Shown: positions 59,501 through 64,000 of the stretch, in pieces
Numbering within the stretch: position 1 is the stretch's first letter
How the letters are laid out: the number at the start of each line of letters is the position of its first letter
Origin: Macrostomum lignano
Taxonomy: Eukaryota
NCBI GenBank assembly: GCA_002269645.1
Contig: NIVC01000717.1
Location: forward strand, 1-64,000
Reading direction: 5' to 3'
DNA: 64,000 nt
Program-made: the position numbers and the translations under genes
The notes under the pieces: model-generated
What the model saw: only the letters and a program-made list of their open reading frames with translations
Told to the model about the DNA's origin: nothing
Databases searched by the model: none

Positions 59501-60017
59501 CACTATGGCACATTATGTTACACTTATGGCACACTAAGGCATAATATGCCACTATGTTACACTTATGGCACATTATGTTACACTTATGGCACATTATGTT
59601 ACACTTATGGCACATTATGTTACACTTATGGCACATTATGTTACACTTATGGCACATTATGTTACTTATGGCACACTATGGCACATTATGGCACAACTAT
59701 GGCATACTATGGCACACTATGACCCAATATGGCACACTATGGCACAACTATGGCATACTATGGCACACTATGACCCAATATGGCACACTATGGCACACTA
59801 TGGCACACTATGACCCAATATGGCATACTATGGCACACTATGACCCAATATGGCACAACTATGGCATACACTATGGCACACTATGGCACACTATGGCACA
59901 CTATGGCACACTATGGCATACTATCGCACACTATCGCACTCTGGCACACTATGGCACACTATGGCACACTATGGCATATTATCGCCCACTATCGCACTCT
60001 GGCACAATATGGCATAC
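47521..60017. repeat. ~12.5-kb satellite built from 10-bp TATGGCACAC/TATGGCACAT and 9-bp TATGTTACT words, with ~1.9-2.0-kb higher-order repeats
   Basis: Direct. Near-identical ORF translations recur at an offset of 1917 (53484/55401, 54155/56072). Confidence 0.97.
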
Positions 60018-61820
60018 AAAGCAAATTTTCTGACTGTGGTAGCTTGTAACAGAAAGATATCAACACACACACTGTATGGCCTGAGCCACTACATTCGAAA
60101 ATTACAGATTTATAATCTGAAACTGTAACACCTGCAACACTATCGCAGGAGAATGATCTTCGCTATCTATATTGTCAACAAGTGCACAGCAGAGGGCAGA
60201 GAGATGGTTGGTTTGAGGTTAGAATGTACGAGGATTCCTGGGCCCGCTTCGCTTAAGGTTGTCTAACGCTTACCGTTCGTGCCCGCCTGCGCCATTTTTT
60301 TAACTGGCCGGACCAATCCACTCTGCTTAGTCTACTTTAAGTGCTGAGCTGGGTGGGGCCTTTTAAGCTAAAGTTCTTCGACTGTGACCTCATTGTAAGC
60401 AATAGTTTAAATGGACATAGTGCTATAGGTGCCAGCACCAAGGAGACGTGGAGACGAAGCCCTAGTTTGTACGAGCGTATCTTCGTTTCGTCGACTTTTT
60501 GCCAAGCCTAAATGTGCGCCCCTTGAAGTAAGCGCTCCTTATAGAGAAGCTTGACTCTACAGTTCAACAGTCGACATATCGTGCGTAAATGAAAAGTAGC
60601 TTGTAATTACAGCACAAACTAATTATTTACTTTAAAAAATATCCTTATGATGCATTGCTCTTCTCCGATTGAGCTATGCGGAATACAACTGGAAGTCACC
60701 GCGCTGGCATCGAGGAGCATCAGAAGTGACTCACCCGTGCAAAATTCCGTCGTCCGCCGATGTATCTGACATACGCGACGTCGACACGTCGACTGAATCT
60801 CGGCGTAATTTAAAAGTGCTTGTTGGCCATCAACGTCAGACAGTGGCTGCCTCGATAGGTGACCCAAGCCGAAATCAGTTGCGGAGCTGCATGTACTAAC
60901 CACAGCAAACAAAGCTTAGCTTTGTATTTTTATCATTTTTATCGTTTATTCATCGTTCGGCATGCAAATTCAATTGTCTTGGGGGTTGGCCTTCAAGGCC
61001 GTTAATTACAGAGCCAAGCCGAGATTCCAAACTAGCTATAGTCTCAAATTAATGTGACTGCACTTGAAATCGAGCCTTGGCCAACCACTGGACTACGGCC
61101 CCATCGGGCCCAAATCCCCATCGGGCCCCAATTACGGCCCCAAATTTTACATTCCTTACAGAACCAAATTACTGCTTATAATAGTTGCACGCAAAGATAC
61201 AGAAGATTACTCTTCTGGCTATTCTTCAGATAATCGCACTCAGTGATCATTGAAAAGCGTTAATTATTTGTTTTTACTTCAAAGTACATTCGCAAACTTT
61301 CGACATGGAAAGCGTCAGTTTATTTCATGAGAACTTTAAACTGAATAACGAATATTTTACGCAATTTTAAGGGATTCACAGTGTTGTGTCAAACTTTCTT
61401 GTTAGCAAAAATATAGCTATACTATACTAAAAATACCTGTTAATTCATTGTCTCTTCTTATATGCAATTATCAGATAGTAGCCATAGCCGTAAATAGAAC
61501 TGGATAAACGTACCAACATACAATATTAATTAGAAAAATTCATTAAAAAGTGTACATATAGTAGGTACTGATAATAAAAAATAGTTAAAACAAACTTGTT
61601 TAACACTGGATAATTACAACCTATAGTAAAATCTTTTAGCAATATAGGTACGTAAAAACAATCAAGTTACAGAGAACTGACCTCTCAACCAAAGCTTAAG
61701 TTACTAATTTTTTAGGACGCATTAAATAAAAGTACATGTTTTTTAAAAAGGTCTTGCGTAGTTCACCTGATTAAATGTTTTTACCGTGATTATAAATAAG
61801 TTATCGATTTACACGTGATA

Positions 61821-62171
61821 TCAACGCCTCTCAACAAGTTGAATCAACCGATCCAACTTTGCTTCAACGTCGTTGATCTGCTTGCGTCGACGTTTTGACT
61901 GCAGCTTCAGGTTGACGAGCTTTGCTTCGATGCCGGTCGAGTCCGACCGCTTTGAAGTTGCCGCCGATCGAGTCCGGCCCAGCGAATCGATGCCTCGCTT
62001 TACAGCCGCGAAGTTGTTGTCGGCGCGAGCCTGCACTCCGTCCGGGTCGCTGTCGGCGTCCACAATCCCACGAGTCAGATATCTTCGACCGAACCGTCGG
62101 AACTGCTTGGCTTGAAACTTCAGGAACTGGGTGTACACTTTCGGATAATCAGTCTGACTGTACCACCAGTT
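61821..62171 (-). CDS. Terminal exon of TRPM-like channel (C-terminal coiled coil: IEAKLVNLKLQ...VEAKLDRLIQLV)
   Basis: CCTTGCAG acceptor, phase 0, and a heptad pattern typical of the TRPM tail. A candidate 33-nt phase-0 exon lies at 62351-62319. Confidence 0.65.
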   Translation of the reverse strand, partial: NWWYSQTDYPKVYTQFLKFQAKQFRRFGRRYLTRGIVDADSDPDGVQARADNNFAAVKRGIDSLGRTRSAATSKRSDSTGIEAKLVNLKLQSKRRRKQINDVEAKLDRLIQLVERR

Positions 62172-62735
62172 CTGCAAGGCAAGGGCCAACATTTAAGTTA
62201 AACAGGCTAAATGCATCTTAATTAATAGTGTGTGCTCAACGTTCATTTAGTATGCAGCAGAGAGAAACAGAGAGCGGATAAACAATAGCTTTCAAATAGT
62301 TTAAAAAGCTCTTCTTACCTGTTTAAGAGCAATCCATAGTTTACATATTAGCTACAATAGAATCTTGCGCTGCTACGTATGCAGAGAAAATTTTGTATTA
62401 CCACTTCAAAAGTCTCTTGCTTCTCTTGAAGATGACAATATCAGACACGCGTCTACTGGTTTGTGGAAAGTATATATCGGCAATGCAAAAAGCTTGCACG
62501 CGGCAGGTAAAGGAAGTATAGCATAGAATTTCTGCTCAGCCTAGCTAATGGGTGTATTTTAGCCTTAAGGCAAAGCCAATTGAAGAAGTCTAGGTGTCAG
62601 AGACCCGTCCTGGCAACATCATCTGGGTTCGAGTTCACTTTTGACAGCGGAAAACAAAGTTGAGTTTGGAGGTGTTAGAGAGTGTTAAAGGATGAATATA
62701 CATTTTAAATGCTTTAAAAAGCGACTGACACTTAC

Positions 62736-64000
62736 CGTGCTCTTACTGTAATGCTCGACATTTTGTAGTGCATCGCGAAATGACCAGTAAATGTAGAAAA
62801 GTCCGACGAAAATCGCATAAATCACATAGATTGGTGACGGGACGGCGCACATCCGGTTGCACTCAACCAGCATGTCGAAGTACATTCTTCTCCAGACTAT
62901 CTTGGACTTGCTGGCAATTTTGCTCACTCTCAGGCTAAACAGTGCAATCAGTAGATTAACCATGACGATGTTAACCAGCAGAAGGAATACAAACATGAAG
63001 CAGTTGTAGAACGCATCACTGCCTTGGTCATAGGCCATGGAGCCGATTTCATACCCAGTAAGGTTGGTACTGTTCACGCTATTAAATTTAATCTCGTCGA
63101 AATTAGTGAACATTAGCTTCAAGGGAAGCGTAAACACCTGGACAAGCGACAGCCAGTAGTTCGCTCCCGCTGGAACAGGGAACAGCAAGTGAAAGAAGAA
63201 AATCCCGAAGGAATATATCACAATCAGAATTACTGACAGAAACGGTAGCAGGTCCAGAAGTAGCAGTTGAACCAGCATCATAACCATGGGCCCCGTCTTC
63301 TCAAAGAATGTCAAAAGTGAAATCAGACGAATTCCCCAAATTAGGAAGCTGGCAGCTGTGAGCATTCTACCGGAGTAGTCTTTATAAAGCAGAACGCCTA
63401 GAAAACCAACAAAAAAAGAGGCCGCACTGGCCAATTCTAGCCAAGAGAGTGCTCTGTTGGTGCTCGAGAAGGGCAGGGAAGACCTGAATATTACACGAAA
63501 AGCCAACTTGAAATGATTTGAAATTCCATAGACAGCGAAGGCATACATCAAAACTTGATCGTAAATATACGTATTACTAGACAATGAATAAGCTTCATTC
63601 CGTATCGGAATTCCAATACTAAATAAAGACAGCAAGATTAAAGCTAACACATCGGACGCGCAGTACGAATAAAACTTTGCACGTGGTGAAGCGGCTGGAT
63701 ATCTCTCTAGCCAAATAATACCGACACCACTCTTAACGTCTTCATCGTTAGGCAGCAGATCCCTAGTCAGACTGCTGTGCCGGTTCTTCCATTCCGTGTC
63801 GGCCAGCTTGGTCATGCACTCACTGACAAACAGCTCATCACAATCAGCTTCCAGCAGCAGTCGCACAGTTGTGCACGGCTCAATAGCATCCTTCTTAGTC
63901 TCGCCAAGCATGCCCGACGTCGGGTGCACACAGGTGAACTGCGGGCCGCTACTTTTTGGCTCCATCCGGCCGCAAATATAGTCGAAGAGCAGTTGCTGCT
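62736..64000 (-). CDS. Large exon of a divergent TRPM-like cation channel (pre-S1, S1-S6, TRP helix); gene continues beyond the window
   Basis: IRLISLLTFFEKTGPMVMML (S4-S5 linker), FLLVNIVMVNLLIALFS (S6) and KIVWRRMYF...VPSP (TRP domain). GTAAG donor, phase 0, at 62735. Confidence 0.85.

Noticed and set aside
47475-60049. Very long ORFs (up to 1005 aa) of MAHYGTLWH-type peptides
   Set aside because: They are translations of a stop-free 9/10-bp satellite and are equally open in all three plus frames.
43045-61030. Shared motif GGTTGGCCTT(T)CAAGG...TTAC...CCAAGC.GAGATT at ~43087 and ~60985
   Set aside because: Probably degenerate 3' ends of a SINE/LINE family, but too short to define by eye.
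60619-61246. Short ORFs between the satellite and the TRPM 3' end
   Set aside because: No domain signal or splice support; a gene here cannot be supported.

Overview
Repeat-rich eukaryotic (invertebrate) genomic DNA with spliceosomal introns. The poly-Ala/Gln coding style and minisatellite load suggest a Macrostomum-like flatworm, but that is inference only. Genes: an RNF38/RNF44-like RING-H2 E3 ligase, with an unexplained intronless 226-aa ORF nested in its last intron; two tandem 4-exon GPI-anchored alkaline phosphatases with unusual residues at the 153/328 active-site positions; two PAN/Apple + F-type-lectin-fold genes plus a pseudogene, all lacking the fucose-binding motif; and the 3' part of a divergent TRPM-like channel. 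Mobile DNA: a full-length 5.9-kb APE-RT-RNaseH (LOA/Lian-like) LINE with a 13-bp TSD, an internally deleted piggyBac, and a twice-present microsatellite-bearing element. Tandem DNA: many mini/microsatellites and a 12.5-kb satellite with ~1.9-2.0-kb higher-order repeats. The most striking observation, made by hand-folding, is that the LINE begins exactly at G1 of a complete HDV-like ribozyme fold, and a minimal Penelope-type hammerhead ribozyme lies on the same strand ~58 nt beyond its 3' end. A read-through transcript would therefore be bracketed by two self-cleaving RNAs, leaving 5'-OH and 2',3'-cyclic-phosphate ends. All coordinates, splice models and folds were derived by eye and need computational confirmation.
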